Positions 8,790 through 19,429 of a stretch of DNA of 32,000 bases are shown one piece after another. Source of the DNA: Thermodesulfobium acidiphilum (lineage in GTDB: Bacteria; Thermodesulfobiota; Thermodesulfobiia; Thermodesulfobiales; Thermodesulfobiaceae); contig NZ_CP020921.1 of NCBI RefSeq assembly GCF_003057965.1, positions 176,100 through 208,099 of the forward strand. The letters are read 5' to 3'. Position 1 is the first letter of the stretch, and every line of letters starts with the position of its first letter. The notes under the pieces were generated by a model. It was not told the origin of the DNA, made no database searches, and saw only the letters and a program-made list of their open reading frames with translations. The position numbers and the translations under genes are program-made.

Positions 8790-9260
8790 ATGAATAAAGA
8801 GGATTACTGTAAAATATACCCGCCTGTTTTGCCATTGATTGAAAGGTTTCCAGATTTGATTAATTTGGTTAAACCTATTGAGACAATACTTGAAGAAAAC
8901 GGCATTGAGGTATCATCTATAGATTTTCCCTCTATTATGGGACTGTGTGTCAAGAAGGGTGCAAGGTCATTTATCGGATATAAAGAGGGTGTGGCAAATT
9001 ACATTAAAGAGGAAATATTGTTGCACGAGCTGACCCATTTAGTTTTGCATAATGAAAATACTCTTTGTCTTGTAGGAGATATGACAAGCAAGCTTGAACT
9101 TGAAGCATGGAAGGTTACCGCTGTAATACTAATACCGAAAAAATTTAAGTTTGAGAGCACTAAAGATGAAGATTTTTATGCAGAAAATTACCTGACCTTT
9201 GAAGAAGGATTAATTAGGTCTCCAATGCTTATAAACTTAAGAAATTCTATGAGGCTATAA
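8790..9260 (+). CDS. ImmA/IrrE-like (DUF955/COG2856-type) putative zinc metallopeptidase
   Basis: 156 aa. HExxH motif (LLHELTHLVLH) followed about 25 aa later by ELEAWKVTAVILIP, which matches the family pattern E-x-E-A-N-x-F-A-x-x-L-L-x-P. No obvious SD and no HTH partner gene nearby. Confidence 0.55.
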   Translation: MNKEDYCKIYPPVLPLIERFPDLINLVKPIETILEENGIEVSSIDFPSIMGLCVKKGARSFIGYKEGVANYIKEEILLHELTHLVLHNENTLCLVGDMTSKLELEAWKVTAVILIPKKFKFESTKDEDFYAENYLTFEEGLIRSPMLINLRNSMRL

Positions 9261-9348
9261 AATTATGAATAATAAATTCCTCACTCTTCTTGTATAATTA
9301 AGTTTACTTCTAACTTGTAATAGCTTAATATATAAAAGGAGTATAAAT

Positions 9349-11151
9349 TTGGATAATATAAGAAATTTTTCGATAATTGCTCACGTAGATCACGGAAAAT
9401 CGACCCTTGCGGATAGGCTGCTGGTTAAATCAAAGATAGTAAACGAAAGAAAACTTGTCCCCCAGATGCTCGACAACATGGATATTGAACGAGAAAGGGG
9501 CATAACAATTAAGGCAAGAACAGTAAGGCTGGATATTAATTGGCAGGGTAAGGACTATATATTAAATCTTATAGATACTCCTGGTCATGTAGATTTCTCT
9601 TACGAAGTTTCTAGGTCGCTTGCTGCATGTGAGGGTGCAATTTTGCTAGTTGATGCTAGTCAGGGGATAGAGGCTCAGACTCTGGCGCATGGTCTTCTTG
9701 CCATAGAACAAGATCTCGTTTTGATACCTGTAATAAACAAAGTGGATTTGCCCACTGCTAATGTTGAGGGGACAAAAAAGGAAATAATGGATGTTTTTGG
9801 CTTTAACGAAGATGAAATAATATTGACCAGTGCAAAAGAGGGTAAGGGGATAGATGAAGTAATTTCTGCAGTTATTGAAAGAATTCCTGCTCCAAAAGGA
9901 GATGTAAGTGAGCCTCTATCGGCTTTGATCTTTGATTCACATTATGATTCTTATAGGGGCGTTGTCGCGTATGTAAGAGTGTTTGAGGGTGAAATAAAAA
10001 GCGGCATAAATATAAGACTTCATTCAACAGGAAAAACTTTTGAAGTACAGGAGATTGGGTATTTTAGAATAGGGCCTGAGAAAACTGATGCTTTAAGGGC
10101 AGGAGAAGTTGGGTATGTGGCTGCAAATATAAAAAATATAGAGGATACACGAGTAGGGGATACCATTGAGGAAGAAAAAAGACCAGCGAAGAAAATTTTA
10201 AAGGGATTTAAGCCCCCATTATCAATGGTTTTTTGTGGACTTTACCCTATAAATACTGATGAATATAACCTTTTGAAGGATGCAATTATGAAACTGAAAC
10301 TAAACGATGCTTCGCTTGTTTTTGAACCAGAAACGTCGGCTGCTTTAGGATTTGGTTTTAGGTGTGGCTTTCTTGGCATGCTTCATATGGAAGTTACTAT
10401 TGAGAGGATTAAAAGAGAATTTGATATCGATCTTATAATTACTCCACCTTCTGTGGTTTTTGAAGCTGTAAAGCAAAACAATGAAATAGTAAAGATTCAT
10501 AACCCCTTGAAAATGCCAGATCCTGGCTCGATAATATCTCTGAGAGAACCGTATGTAAAAGTATCTATTTTCTCTCCTGCAGAATATATAGGTGCTATTA
10601 TGGAACTTTGTTCAAATAAAAGAGGAAATTATATAGACATGGAATATCTAGATGTAAAAAGGGTAATAATGAGGTTTGAAATGCCATTATCTGAAATAAT
10701 TTTAGACTTTTTCCCTTTGTTAAAAACCAAAACAAGAGGTTATGCTTCTCTTGACTATGAATTTATTGGATATAGAGAATCAGATCTTGTTAGGCTAGAT
10801 ATATTGGTTAACAGGGAAAAGGTGGATGCGCTTTCTTCAATAGTTCACAGAAGCAAGGCTCAGGAAATTGGATCAAAAATCGTCTCTTCTTTAAAAAAGT
10901 TGATTCCCAGACATATGTTTGAGATACCTATTCAGGCTGCAGTGGGTTCAAAAATTCTTGCCAGAGAAAACATTGCTGCAATGAAGAAAAACGTTTTACA
11001 AAAATGTTATGGAGGAGATATAACTCGTAAGAGAAAGCTCCTGGAAAAGCAAAAGGAAGGGAAAAAGAAAATGAAAATGTTAGGGGATGTCCAAATCCCT
11101 CAAGAAGTGTTTTTTGAGATTTTGAAGAGCTCTAGTGAACAAAAAAATTAG
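9349..11151 (+). CDS. lepA: Translation elongation factor 4 (LepA)
   Basis: 600 aa. GTPase motifs [17 protein letters not shown] and NKVDLP, plus the LepA-specific C-terminal region. TTG start with an AAAGGAG SD. Confidence 0.97.
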   Translation: MDNIRNFSIIAHVDHGKSTLADRLLVKSKIVNERKLVPQMLDNMDIERERGITIKARTVRLDINWQGKDYILNLIDTPGHVDFSYEVSRSLAACEGAILLVDASQGIEAQTLAHGLLAIEQDLVLIPVINKVDLPTANVEGTKKEIMDVFGFNEDEIILTSAKEGKGIDEVISAVIERIPAPKGDVSEPLSALIFDSHYDSYRGVVAYVRVFEGEIKSGINIRLHSTGKTFEVQEIGYFRIGPEKTDALRAGEVGYVAANIKNIEDTRVGDTIEEEKRPAKKILKGFKPPLSMVFCGLYPINTDEYNLLKDAIMKLKLNDASLVFEPETSAALGFGFRCGFLGMLHMEVTIERIKREFDIDLIITPPSVVFEAVKQNNEIVKIHNPLKMPDPGSIISLREPYVKVSIFSPAEYIGAIMELCSNKRGNYIDMEYLDVKRVIMRFEMPLSEIILDFFPLLKTKTRGYASLDYEFIGYRESDLVRLDILVNREKVDALSSIVHRSKAQEIGSKIVSSLKKLIPRHMFEIPIQAAVGSKILARENIAAMKKNVLQKCYGGDITRKRKLLEKQKEGKKKMKMLGDVQIPQEVFFEILKSSSEQKN

Positions 11152-12274
11152 CTTTTTTTTAGACGACTTTGAATTAGGCAAAGACAGCGTTTTGGGCATT
11201 TATATACATATCCCTTTTTGTGAAAAAAGGTGCAATTATTGTCATTTTTTTTCAAGAATTTTAAAGCCAAACCATATTGAAAAGTTCTTTGAGGCGCTGG
11301 TTTCTGAAATAGAGTACTACGAAAAAACTGATAGAAATTTATTTGAGAAATCGTTTGTTGACAGCATATATTTTGGTGGTGGAACTCCTTCCATGGTAAA
11401 GCCATTTGTGTTAAAAAATTTAATTGAAATTCTTGGTTCTAAATTTAATTTTAAGAACCCGGAGATTACTCTTGAAGCTCATCCAAAATCTTTTTTAGAA
11501 AATTATAAGGACAAAAATGACGTATTTTTTAACAGGTTGAGTCTCGGGATAGTTTCTTTTGAAGAAAAGGAACTTTTAAACCTTAATAGAGAAAATTTTG
11601 GTTATCCAGCTCTGATATTAGCAAAAGAGCTTGGTATTGAAAACGTTAACGTTGACTTGTTAATAGGAATACCTGGTCAAAATTTAGCTTCATTTAAGAA
11701 GTCATTAGATATTATTTGCCAGTTTGACAATGTAAGAGGTGTATCCATTTATCCTCTTGAAGCTGACTTTGTTGAATCAGATGAAAAAGTACTTGAGCTT
11801 ATGGATTATTCTGAAGAGTATTTGGATAAGATGGGATATATAAGATATGAGATTGCTAACTATGCAAAGGATGGTTTCTTTTGCAGACACAATTTGAAGT
11901 ATTGGGAATATATGAATTTTTTGTCATTTGGCCCCTCTTCTTCATCAAAGATTGGAAATCATAGATTTAAGAGGTCTTCAAATCTAAATAGCTATCTGGA
12001 AAAGAAGTTTTTTTTAGAAGAGGACATAAGACTTTCAGAAGAGGATCTCTTTTTTGAGAAAATAATGATGGGGCTTAGATTGATGAAGGGAATCAAAATT
12101 TCAGAATTAGAGACCCAATTTGACAAAGGGCTTGTAGAAGACTTTTTAATAAAAATTAAAAAGTTCGAAGAACTTGTTAAAATAGAAAATGATATGGTTT
12201 TTCTTACTAAAAAAGGTATTATTTTTATGAACGATTTTTTGGTAGAAATAATGCCCGATCGAAAAGTGCTTTGA
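11135..12274 (+). CDS. hemW: Radical SAM heme chaperone HemW / oxygen-independent coproporphyrinogen oxidase-like protein
   Basis: 379 aa. [14 protein letters not shown] (CxxxCxxC), GGGTPS, HemN_C-like tail. GTG start overlaps the lepA 3' end by 17 nt. lepA-hemW is a conserved gene pair. Confidence 0.88.
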   Translation: MNKKISFFLDDFELGKDSVLGIYIHIPFCEKRCNYCHFFSRILKPNHIEKFFEALVSEIEYYEKTDRNLFEKSFVDSIYFGGGTPSMVKPFVLKNLIEILGSKFNFKNPEITLEAHPKSFLENYKDKNDVFFNRLSLGIVSFEEKELLNLNRENFGYPALILAKELGIENVNVDLLIGIPGQNLASFKKSLDIICQFDNVRGVSIYPLEADFVESDEKVLELMDYSEEYLDKMGYIRYEIANYAKDGFFCRHNLKYWEYMNFLSFGPSSSSKIGNHRFKRSSNLNSYLEKKFFLEEDIRLSEEDLFFEKIMMGLRLMKGIKISELETQFDKGLVEDFLIKIKKFEELVKIENDMVFLTKKGIIFMNDFLVEIMPDRKVL

Positions 12275-12312
12275 ATTTAGAGAATTTCTAAGATTTTGCA
12301 AGAGGTGTTATA

Positions 12313-12498
12313 TTGTTAAGTGATAAAGATGGTCTTTCAGAAGGAATGACTCTAAAATCAAGAGTGCCCCATGTTTGTGGCTCAAACTTGTGGACCATTA
12401 TTTACCTTGGATCTGATGTAGTTCTCAGATGTAATAATTGTTCAACTGTAGTAATGGTTCCAAGAAAGAAGTTGTTTAGAAAATTTAGAAAATTGTAG
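12313..12498 (+). CDS. DUF951-family small zinc-ribbon protein
   Basis: 61 aa. The HVCGSNLW...LRCNNCSTVVMVPRKKLFRKFRKL pattern matches my recollection of DUF951 (YyzM-like) proteins: HPCG-x-N-x-W ... C-x-x-C ... R-x-x-F. TTG start 7 nt after an AGAGGTG SD. Confidence 0.7.
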   Translation: MLSDKDGLSEGMTLKSRVPHVCGSNLWTIIYLGSDVVLRCNNCSTVVMVPRKKLFRKFRKL

Positions 12499-12522
12499 TG
12501 AAAGCATTTTGGAGGAAAAAAA

Positions 12523-13608
12523 ATGATTAAATTAGCAGATTTTAACAAAGAATATAATAAATTAAAAAACGAGATAGATAGAGAAGTATTGAAAGTACTA
12601 GATAGTGGATCGTATATAATGGGGAAAGAGGTAAGAGATCTAGAAACTAATCTTTCCAATTATCTTGGCGTAAAGGCCTATACGGTTGCTTCCGGGACAG
12701 ATGCGCTGTTAATTGCCCTGAGGGCTGCTTCTATTGGTCAAGGAGATGAGGTTATAACCACTCCGTTTACTTTTGTTGCTACTGCAAGTACTATAACTTT
12801 TACTGGAGCTAAACCTGTTTTTGTAGATATTGACGAAGAGACCTTTAACATAAATCCAAAATTAATTGAAGAAAAGATCACTGAGAGGACAAAGGCTATT
12901 TTGCCAGTTCATCTTTTTGGGCACAGCGCTGATATGGAAGAGATATTGAGAATTGCAAAAAAGTATAATCTAATTGTAATAGAAGATAATGCTCAGGCAT
13001 TTGGTTCGCTTTACAATGGCAAAAAAACTGGTTCAATAGGAGATATTAGTGCCCTTTCGTTTTTTCCTACAAAAAATTTGGGTGCGTATGGGGATGCTGG
13101 TGCGGTATTTGCAAAGGATGAAAAAATTTGTGAGAAGATTGATATGCTCAGATCTCATGGAAGTAAAAAGAAATATTTATATGAAATTATAGGATACAAT
13201 TCTAGACTGGATACTATTCAGGCAGCAATTTTGAACGTGAAGTTAAAATATTTTGAGAATTTTATAGAAAAAAAGAGAAAACTAGCGAGTATCTATCTTG
13301 AAGAACTAAAGGGTTTTGTTGCCCTCCCTGTAGAAAAAGAAAATTGTCGTCACAGCTATCATCAATTTACCATTAGAGTAAAGAATAGAGATGAACTTTT
13401 TTCATATTTATCTTCGAACAACATACAATCAGCTATCCACTACCCATTGCCTCTACATCTTCAAAAGGCTTTTAATTATCTCGGTTATAAAGAAGGTTCT
13501 TTCCCAGTTGCAGAAAAGGTGTCAAAAGAAGTTCTTTCCCTTCCTATCTTCCATACATTGAGCGAGGAGGAAATATATAGAGTTTGTCAGGTTATAAAAA
13601 ACAGATAA
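12523..13608 (+). CDS. DegT/DnrJ/EryC1/StrS-family PLP-dependent sugar aminotransferase
   Basis: 361 aa. Family-typical N-terminus (EIDREVLKVLDSGSYIMGKEV), GTDALLIAL, DNAQAFG, and SFFPTKNLGAYGDAGA, which contains the PLP Lys. Confidence 0.9.
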   Translation: MIKLADFNKEYNKLKNEIDREVLKVLDSGSYIMGKEVRDLETNLSNYLGVKAYTVASGTDALLIALRAASIGQGDEVITTPFTFVATASTITFTGAKPVFVDIDEETFNINPKLIEEKITERTKAILPVHLFGHSADMEEILRIAKKYNLIVIEDNAQAFGSLYNGKKTGSIGDISALSFFPTKNLGAYGDAGAVFAKDEKICEKIDMLRSHGSKKKYLYEIIGYNSRLDTIQAAILNVKLKYFENFIEKKRKLASIYLEELKGFVALPVEKENCRHSYHQFTIRVKNRDELFSYLSSNNIQSAIHYPLPLHLQKAFNYLGYKEGSFPVAEKVSKEVLSLPIFHTLSEEEIYRVCQVIKNR

Positions 13609-13671
13609 AAATTGAATTTGAAGGCAAACGTATAAGATGTTTTGTTTTAAGAAAAGATCATCTTTATATGT

Positions 13672-15351
13672 TTGTCAAAAGGCTTAGCGAAAATGTCCTG
13701 TGATCTGCCTAGATACAGATGGAAAAAGCCCTTATTCGAAAATATTTTAGATAGAAGCGTTTATGGGTATGTAAAATATATTCTTGAAAACAGACAGCTA
13801 TCTAAAAGCCATATTGAAAAGTTTTTAAATATTTCTATAGACAATTTTGACCCTAAGTTTGAAAACGATAGCGTAGAAAGGGCCATTGAGGTTTTTAGAG
13901 ATATGATTAATGCTAATGAACCTATTGGTATTTTTGGGGATTATGATGCTGATGGAATAACTTCTGTAGCGATTCTTTGCATTTTTCTTTCTTATCTGGG
14001 TAAAAAATTTATATTTAAGCTTCCTACAAGAGATGAAGGCTATGGCATTAGAGTTGATGTCTTAGAATTCTTTAAAGATATGGGCATAAACAATATTATT
14101 GTGTTGGATTCCGGTTCAAACTCTAGAGAAGTATGGCAGGCCGCTAGTAAAATGGGGCTTAATTTGCTTTATCTAGATCATCATGAGATTCTTTGTGATT
14201 TAGAGAAGGATCTAAACCTTGTAAATCCTCATTTGTGGAATGGAGATCTACTTTGTAGTGCTGGTGTGATATTCAGGTTCTTAATGCTATTGGACAAGTT
14301 CAAGAGCTGTTGTGAAGTATTTCCTACTTTACTGGAATTAGCTACTATTGGAACAGTTGGAGATTCTGTAGAATTATTGGGAGACAGCAGGATTATTGTA
14401 AAATTGGGTTTAAATCAGCTAAAAAACAGCACAATTCCAGGAATTGTAAATTTTTTTAATGTCAGATTGCCTTATATTACAATTGAAGACTTGATGTTTT
14501 ATCTGGTTCCGCTGATAAATTCTGCTGGAAGAGTTGGTAAGCCCGATCTTGCTCTGAGTTTCCTACTTGAAAAAGATTTTCATAAATCCATTGAAAAGTG
14601 TGATCTTCTTGAATCTTTGAATCAAAAAAGAAAATCTATTCAAAGTCAGTTTTTTTCTATATGTATGAGTATTTTGAACGAAAGTTTATATTCTCCACAT
14701 GTTCACTTTATGAGATTGGACGACTGCCCTAAGGGCATAATTGGTCCTCTTGCATCTAGACTTGCGTGTTCTTATAAAAAACCCTTTTTTCTTTGTTCTG
14801 GAGAACAATTGTTATACGGTTCAGGGAGGAGTCCTGGAAACGATATAGATTTGATAGAATTATATAATCAAATAAAATCAGAATATCCAGCAATAAACGA
14901 TCATTTTATAAACTTTGGAGGTCATCAAGGCGCTGTTGGTTTTACAATAAAAAGAGATGCCTTTCCTGAAATAAAAAAGAGATTTGAAAGGTTTAGGATA
15001 AGAGAAAGTATCCCATTTTTAAATATCGATATATCCTTTGATGGCTTTTCAATTGACGATAACTTTTTTAGATCTTTAAAGGCTATGACCCCCTTTGGAT
15101 TTGGCAACCAAAAGGTTTTGGTTCATACTAAAGGAGTAGAGCTTAAAAGCCTTGAAAGCAGCATAGATTATTCTGAAGTTGTAGTTTTTAAGCACTATAA
15201 TAACATTAGATGGATAATAAAAAATAATAGACAGATTTTAAAAGATTTGCTTAACGCAAGATTTGACGTTGTTTGGGAAGCAAAGGTTAAAAACGATGGA
15301 ATTGACTTTGAATTTTTGGACGCAAAAGTAGTTTTTTTGAATTGTTGTTAG
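13672..15351 (+). CDS. recJ: Single-stranded-DNA-specific exonuclease RecJ (DHH/DHHA1)
   Basis: 559 aa. DHH motifs GDYDADGITS, DSGSN and LDHHE, plus DHHA1 GGHQGAVGF. Start is uncertain: TTG at 13672 in the track, or in-frame ATG at 13694. Neither has a clear SD. Confidence 0.85.
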   Translation: MSKGLAKMSCDLPRYRWKKPLFENILDRSVYGYVKYILENRQLSKSHIEKFLNISIDNFDPKFENDSVERAIEVFRDMINANEPIGIFGDYDADGITSVAILCIFLSYLGKKFIFKLPTRDEGYGIRVDVLEFFKDMGINNIIVLDSGSNSREVWQAASKMGLNLLYLDHHEILCDLEKDLNLVNPHLWNGDLLCSAGVIFRFLMLLDKFKSCCEVFPTLLELATIGTVGDSVELLGDSRIIVKLGLNQLKNSTIPGIVNFFNVRLPYITIEDLMFYLVPLINSAGRVGKPDLALSFLLEKDFHKSIEKCDLLESLNQKRKSIQSQFFSICMSILNESLYSPHVHFMRLDDCPKGIIGPLASRLACSYKKPFFLCSGEQLLYGSGRSPGNDIDLIELYNQIKSEYPAINDHFINFGGHQGAVGFTIKRDAFPEIKKRFERFRIRESIPFLNIDISFDGFSIDDNFFRSLKAMTPFGFGNQKVLVHTKGVELKSLESSIDYSEVVVFKHYNNIRWIIKNNRQILKDLLNARFDVVWEAKVKNDGIDFEFLDAKVVFLNCC

Positions 15352-15380
15352 CTATATTTTGAGAGGAAAAAACTATTAGT

Positions 15381-17714
15381 ATGTCAGTAAATCAGGAAAA
15401 GAAATTAAATACTTTAAAAAAGCCCTCAGATGAGAAGGAATCTGTTAAGAATCTGGGTGCTGATTTGGCCGTTAATAACTCTGGTTCAGATATTCAAGCC
15501 TTATCAGAAGTAGAACCCAATTTAGAAGAGCTCTTTTCTAATTTTCCTGGCTTAAAAGAGCTATTAGATGGTTTCGATGAGTCTGAAAGAGAATTTTTAT
15601 TAAGGTGTTTTGTTTTTGCATATTCTAGACATGGTGACCAGAGGAGGCTTTCAGGCGAGCCTTATATATATCACCCTCTTAACGTTGCGCTGATACTTAA
15701 AGAGGTTGGAATGGATTATAGATGCTTAGGCGCTGCGATTTTACATGATGTTCTTGAGGATACACAAACATCACCTGAAGAAATAAAAGCAAATTTTGGT
15801 GAAGATATCCTGGTTCTTGTAGATGGAGTAACAAAACTTGGAAAATTAAGGTTCAAATCTCCAAGGGAGAGACAGGCTGAGTCTTTCAGGAAGATGTTTG
15901 TAGCTATGGCAAAGGATATTAGGGTTGTTGTAATAAAGTTAGCTGATAGACTCCACAATATGAGAACCCTTGAAATTCTTGCCAACGAGAAAAAGGAACA
16001 CATAGCAAATGAAACTCTTAAGATATTTGCACCTTTAGCTCACAGGTTAGGAATGTGGGTTATCAAAAGCGAATTAGAAGACCTTGCCCTCTATTATCTT
16101 GATAGAGACATGTTTAATCATATTTTAATGTATATGGAATCGAACATCAACAATCACGTTAATTTTTTATCAAAAATAGAGGGTATATTACAAGAAAGTT
16201 TCCAAAAAGAGTTAAACTGTAACTTTAAGATAAAGAGAAGAAAAAAACACATTTATAGCGTTTATCAGAAACTCAAGAGAACTAATAAAAGTATCGATGA
16301 TATTTACGACATATTTGGTTTAAGGATAATAATAGGTGAAGACGTAGAAGGAGAAGATCCATATATTAGCAGTTGTTATCATGTTCTTGGAATTATTCAC
16401 TCTCTTTTTCCTCCTATTCCGGGCAGATTTAAGGATTTTATTGCAGCGCCAAAACCTAATAACTATCAATCGCTTCATACTACTGTATTAGGTCCTGGAG
16501 GGATTAGGGTTGAGATTCAAATTCGAACAGCCAAGATGGACAGAATTGCAGAAGTTGGTGTGGCAGCGCACTGGCTTTATAAAGAAAGAAAAACTAGTTC
16601 AATCAGAGATATAAACGAACTAAAGCTTATATGGCTCAGACAGCTTCTTGAGTGGCAAAGCGACATAAAGGGCGCAGAATTTATGGATATGGTTGAGTCA
16701 AGCTTTAACGAGGAAGAAATCTTTGTTTTTACACCGCAAGGAGATATATTAGATCTTGAAGCCGATTCAACTCCTATAGATTTTGCTTATAGAATTCATA
16801 CAGAAGTTGGTAATAAGTGTATTGGTGCAAAGGTTAACTCTAAGATGGTAGCTTTAAATACCCCTCTTCAAACAGGAGATGTGGTAGAGATCGTAACTTC
16901 AAAGAATGCAAAGCCACACCTTTCGTGGTTAAACTTTGTAAAAACAAGTTTAGCAAGACAAAGGATTAAAAGTTATTTTAAAAAGGAACACAAGAACGAA
17001 GCAGTTTTGGCAGGCAGACAAAAAATACTAAAAGAATTGTCCAGACTAAACATAGTTATAGAAGAAAATCAAAGACAAAATCTAATTCTTGAGGTTGCAA
17101 AAAAACTTAACTTTGCTTCTGCTGATGATCTTCTGGCTGCAGTTGGATTTGAAGATATTTCCGCGCACAGCGTTGTAAACAAGATTAAGGATATGATTGT
17201 AAAGCCTGAGGAGACCTTACCCACCTTTAAGGCAAAGGAAGTAACAAAGAAAAAAGATGACGTTATAAAAATAGGAGATATTGGCGGGCTGGAAGTTACT
17301 TTTGCTAAGTGTTGTGGTCCTGTTCCAGGAGATAGAATAAAGGGTTATGTTAGTCGTGGAAGAGGCTTGATAGTCCATAGAGAGAACTGTCCAAATCTTT
17401 TGAAACAGATTGCCAGAGAAGGTAATGATAGAATTGTAGATTTAAATTGGAATAACCAGCTGAAAGCAGAATCATATGAAAGTTATATGATAGTTGAGGG
17501 CACAGACAGAGTAGGTTTTATGAAAGATATTCTTATTAGAGTTGCCAGTCTGAACGTAAATGTGGTGAAGGCTTCTGTAAATACTAATAAGGCAAAGAAA
17601 AAGGTTTACATGATCTTGGAAGTTCAACTGAAGGATAATCTTGAAAGAGAGAAATTGATAAAGGAACTAAGAGAAGTTCCAGATGTAATAGATGTAAGAC
17701 AAAGAGGAGAATGA
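15381..17714 (+). CDS. rel: Bifunctional (p)ppGpp synthetase/hydrolase, RelA/SpoT (Rel) family
   Basis: 777 aa. HD hydrolase domain (HPLNVA...HDVLEDT), synthetase domain (YQSLHTTV), TGS and C-terminal ACT-like regions. The first 50 aa or so form a low-complexity N-terminal extension, so the true start is somewhat uncertain. Confidence 0.95.
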   Translation: MSVNQEKKLNTLKKPSDEKESVKNLGADLAVNNSGSDIQALSEVEPNLEELFSNFPGLKELLDGFDESEREFLLRCFVFAYSRHGDQRRLSGEPYIYHPLNVALILKEVGMDYRCLGAAILHDVLEDTQTSPEEIKANFGEDILVLVDGVTKLGKLRFKSPRERQAESFRKMFVAMAKDIRVVVIKLADRLHNMRTLEILANEKKEHIANETLKIFAPLAHRLGMWVIKSELEDLALYYLDRDMFNHILMYMESNINNHVNFLSKIEGILQESFQKELNCNFKIKRRKKHIYSVYQKLKRTNKSIDDIYDIFGLRIIIGEDVEGEDPYISSCYHVLGIIHSLFPPIPGRFKDFIAAPKPNNYQSLHTTVLGPGGIRVEIQIRTAKMDRIAEVGVAAHWLYKERKTSSIRDINELKLIWLRQLLEWQSDIKGAEFMDMVESSFNEEEIFVFTPQGDILDLEADSTPIDFAYRIHTEVGNKCIGAKVNSKMVALNTPLQTGDVVEIVTSKNAKPHLSWLNFVKTSLARQRIKSYFKKEHKNEAVLAGRQKILKELSRLNIVIEENQRQNLILEVAKKLNFASADDLLAAVGFEDISAHSVVNKIKDMIVKPEETLPTFKAKEVTKKKDDVIKIGDIGGLEVTFAKCCGPVPGDRIKGYVSRGRGLIVHRENCPNLLKQIAREGNDRIVDLNWNNQLKAESYESYMIVEGTDRVGFMKDILIRVASLNVNVVKASVNTNKAKKKVYMILEVQLKDNLEREKLIKELREVPDVIDVRQRGE

Positions 17715-17718
17715 ACTA

Positions 17719-19344
17719 GTGTTTTTAATTAAAGATTTGAACCTGGAAGATATCCCTGAACTTCCAGGCGTTTATATGTTTTTCTCGAAGGAAAAGAAGC
17801 CATTATATGTAGGCAAGGCGATAAATCTTCTAAACAGGTTAAGAAGTTATCTTAAAAGCAAATCACACGATCAAAAAACTGCCTTAATGTTAAGCGAAGC
17901 AAGGTATCTGGACTTTATAATTGTAAGAAACGAATATGAAGCTCTTATTCTTGAAATGACTCTTATAAAAGAAAAGGTTCCAAAATATAACGTTCAATTA
18001 AGAGACAACAAATCATATCCATACATAAAAATAGATTTTAACGAAGATTTTCCAGCTTTAGAGTTGTTTAGGGGTAAACCAAAGGATAAAAAGAACGTTT
18101 TGTACATAGGTCCATATCCTGATGGTTCGAATTTAAGAAACCTTTTAGGTTATATAAATAACACTCTTCCTTTGAGAAAATGTTCGAAAAATACCTTTAA
18201 GCATGCTAAATCGTTTTGTATAAGATATCAGATGAAACAATGTTTAGCCCCTTGTGTCGGACTAACCAATAAAGAAGATTATAAAAAGATATTATTGATA
18301 GCGAAAGATTGGCTTTCAGGCGATCTGGACAAAGTTAAAAAAGACATGGTTAAAGAGATAGAGAGGTTTTCTAATGAAGAAAATTTTGAGCAGGCGGCAA
18401 GGCTTAGAGATAGCCTTTCATATATAGAATCGTTTTCAGATATAAAAGTGGTAGATCCTCAGGGAAAGTTGAACGCTGACGCAATTTATATTAATAAATT
18501 GGGAGACGTATCTCTTGTTCAAGTAAGACATGGCCTTGTTTCAACCAATATAATAAAAAGAATGACTAATGTTGAACAAACAAATCTGCATGATGCTGTG
18601 CTGTTTTTTTTATATGACTTTTATTCGAATATAGAACCTGGAAAATTTGTTTTTATAAATGTTTTTCTTGATGAAGTTGGTTTGATCGAAAGGTTTTTGC
18701 AAGAAAAGTGGGGCAAAAAGCGAAAAATAAAGGTTATAGATGAAGAATTACTTCAAGATGTAGATCTTTTTAAAAAAAATAAATCCAGGTTGAATATTAA
18801 ATATATAGAGATCTTGAAGATTGCAAAGGAAAATTTATTTGTAAAAGATAAGATAAACATTTTTAAAGCAGGTTTTGAAAGACTTTCAGAAATATTTGGC
18901 AGAAAAATTTCATTGGTTTATGCCCTGGATATTGCGCATTTTCAAGGGGAGGCTACAGTAGCAGGCCTATCTGCGGCTGATGAAAGGGGATTGAGAAAAA
19001 GATATTATAGAAGAGTAAGACTTACAGATAATAACATAGATGATTATGCGTCTATGGATGAGGCGCTCAAGATCATTTCTAAAAAAAATATAGAAGCAGA
19101 TATTTTGTTGATAGATGGCGGTTTGGGACAATTAGAGGTTGCATTAAGAAATTTAAAGGATTCTTACACAACTGTTATATCTCTGGCAAAGGGAGAAGAA
19201 ATTATATACCTGATGGATAAAAAAGAGTTGAGACTACCAAAGAGCGACTATGCTTTGAGGGCATTAATGTACTTGAGGGACGAGGCACATAGATTTGCTA
19301 ACGAATATCGTAAATACCTACTTTCCAAAACCAGAAAGCCTTGA
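17719..19344 (+). CDS. uvrC: Excinuclease ABC subunit C (UvrC), apparently lacking the C-terminal (HhH)2 domain
   Basis: 541 aa. GIY-YIG domain (PGVYMFF...LYVGKA...LRSY), Cys-rich segment (RKCS...CIRYQMKQCLAPC), UVR domain (EENFEQAARLRDSL), and RNase-H-like endonuclease domain (ALDIAHFQGE ... IDGGLGQL ... RDEAHRFANEYR). GTG start 4 nt after the rel stop. Confidence 0.9.
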   Translation: MFLIKDLNLEDIPELPGVYMFFSKEKKPLYVGKAINLLNRLRSYLKSKSHDQKTALMLSEARYLDFIIVRNEYEALILEMTLIKEKVPKYNVQLRDNKSYPYIKIDFNEDFPALELFRGKPKDKKNVLYIGPYPDGSNLRNLLGYINNTLPLRKCSKNTFKHAKSFCIRYQMKQCLAPCVGLTNKEDYKKILLIAKDWLSGDLDKVKKDMVKEIERFSNEENFEQAARLRDSLSYIESFSDIKVVDPQGKLNADAIYINKLGDVSLVQVRHGLVSTNIIKRMTNVEQTNLHDAVLFFLYDFYSNIEPGKFVFINVFLDEVGLIERFLQEKWGKKRKIKVIDEELLQDVDLFKKNKSRLNIKYIEILKIAKENLFVKDKINIFKAGFERLSEIFGRKISLVYALDIAHFQGEATVAGLSAADERGLRKRYYRRVRLTDNNIDDYASMDEALKIISKKNIEADILLIDGGLGQLEVALRNLKDSYTTVISLAKGEEIIYLMDKKELRLPKSDYALRALMYLRDEAHRFANEYRKYLLSKTRKP

Positions 19345-19429
19345 AGATCTGAAAGCTGTTTAATTTACTTTAGTTTTATTTGTGCTAAAATAACCAAAAA
19401 ATTATTTTGTTTTTTGAATTTTACACTAT

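Noticed and set aside
19387-19415. Hairpin aaaataa-N8-ttatttt followed by a T-run after uvrC, considered as an intrinsic terminator.
   Set aside because: The stem is 7 bp of A/T pairs only, so its predicted stability is very low. I cannot distinguish it from chance symmetry in AT-rich DNA. It also overlaps the TGTGCTAAAATAA motif reported separately.
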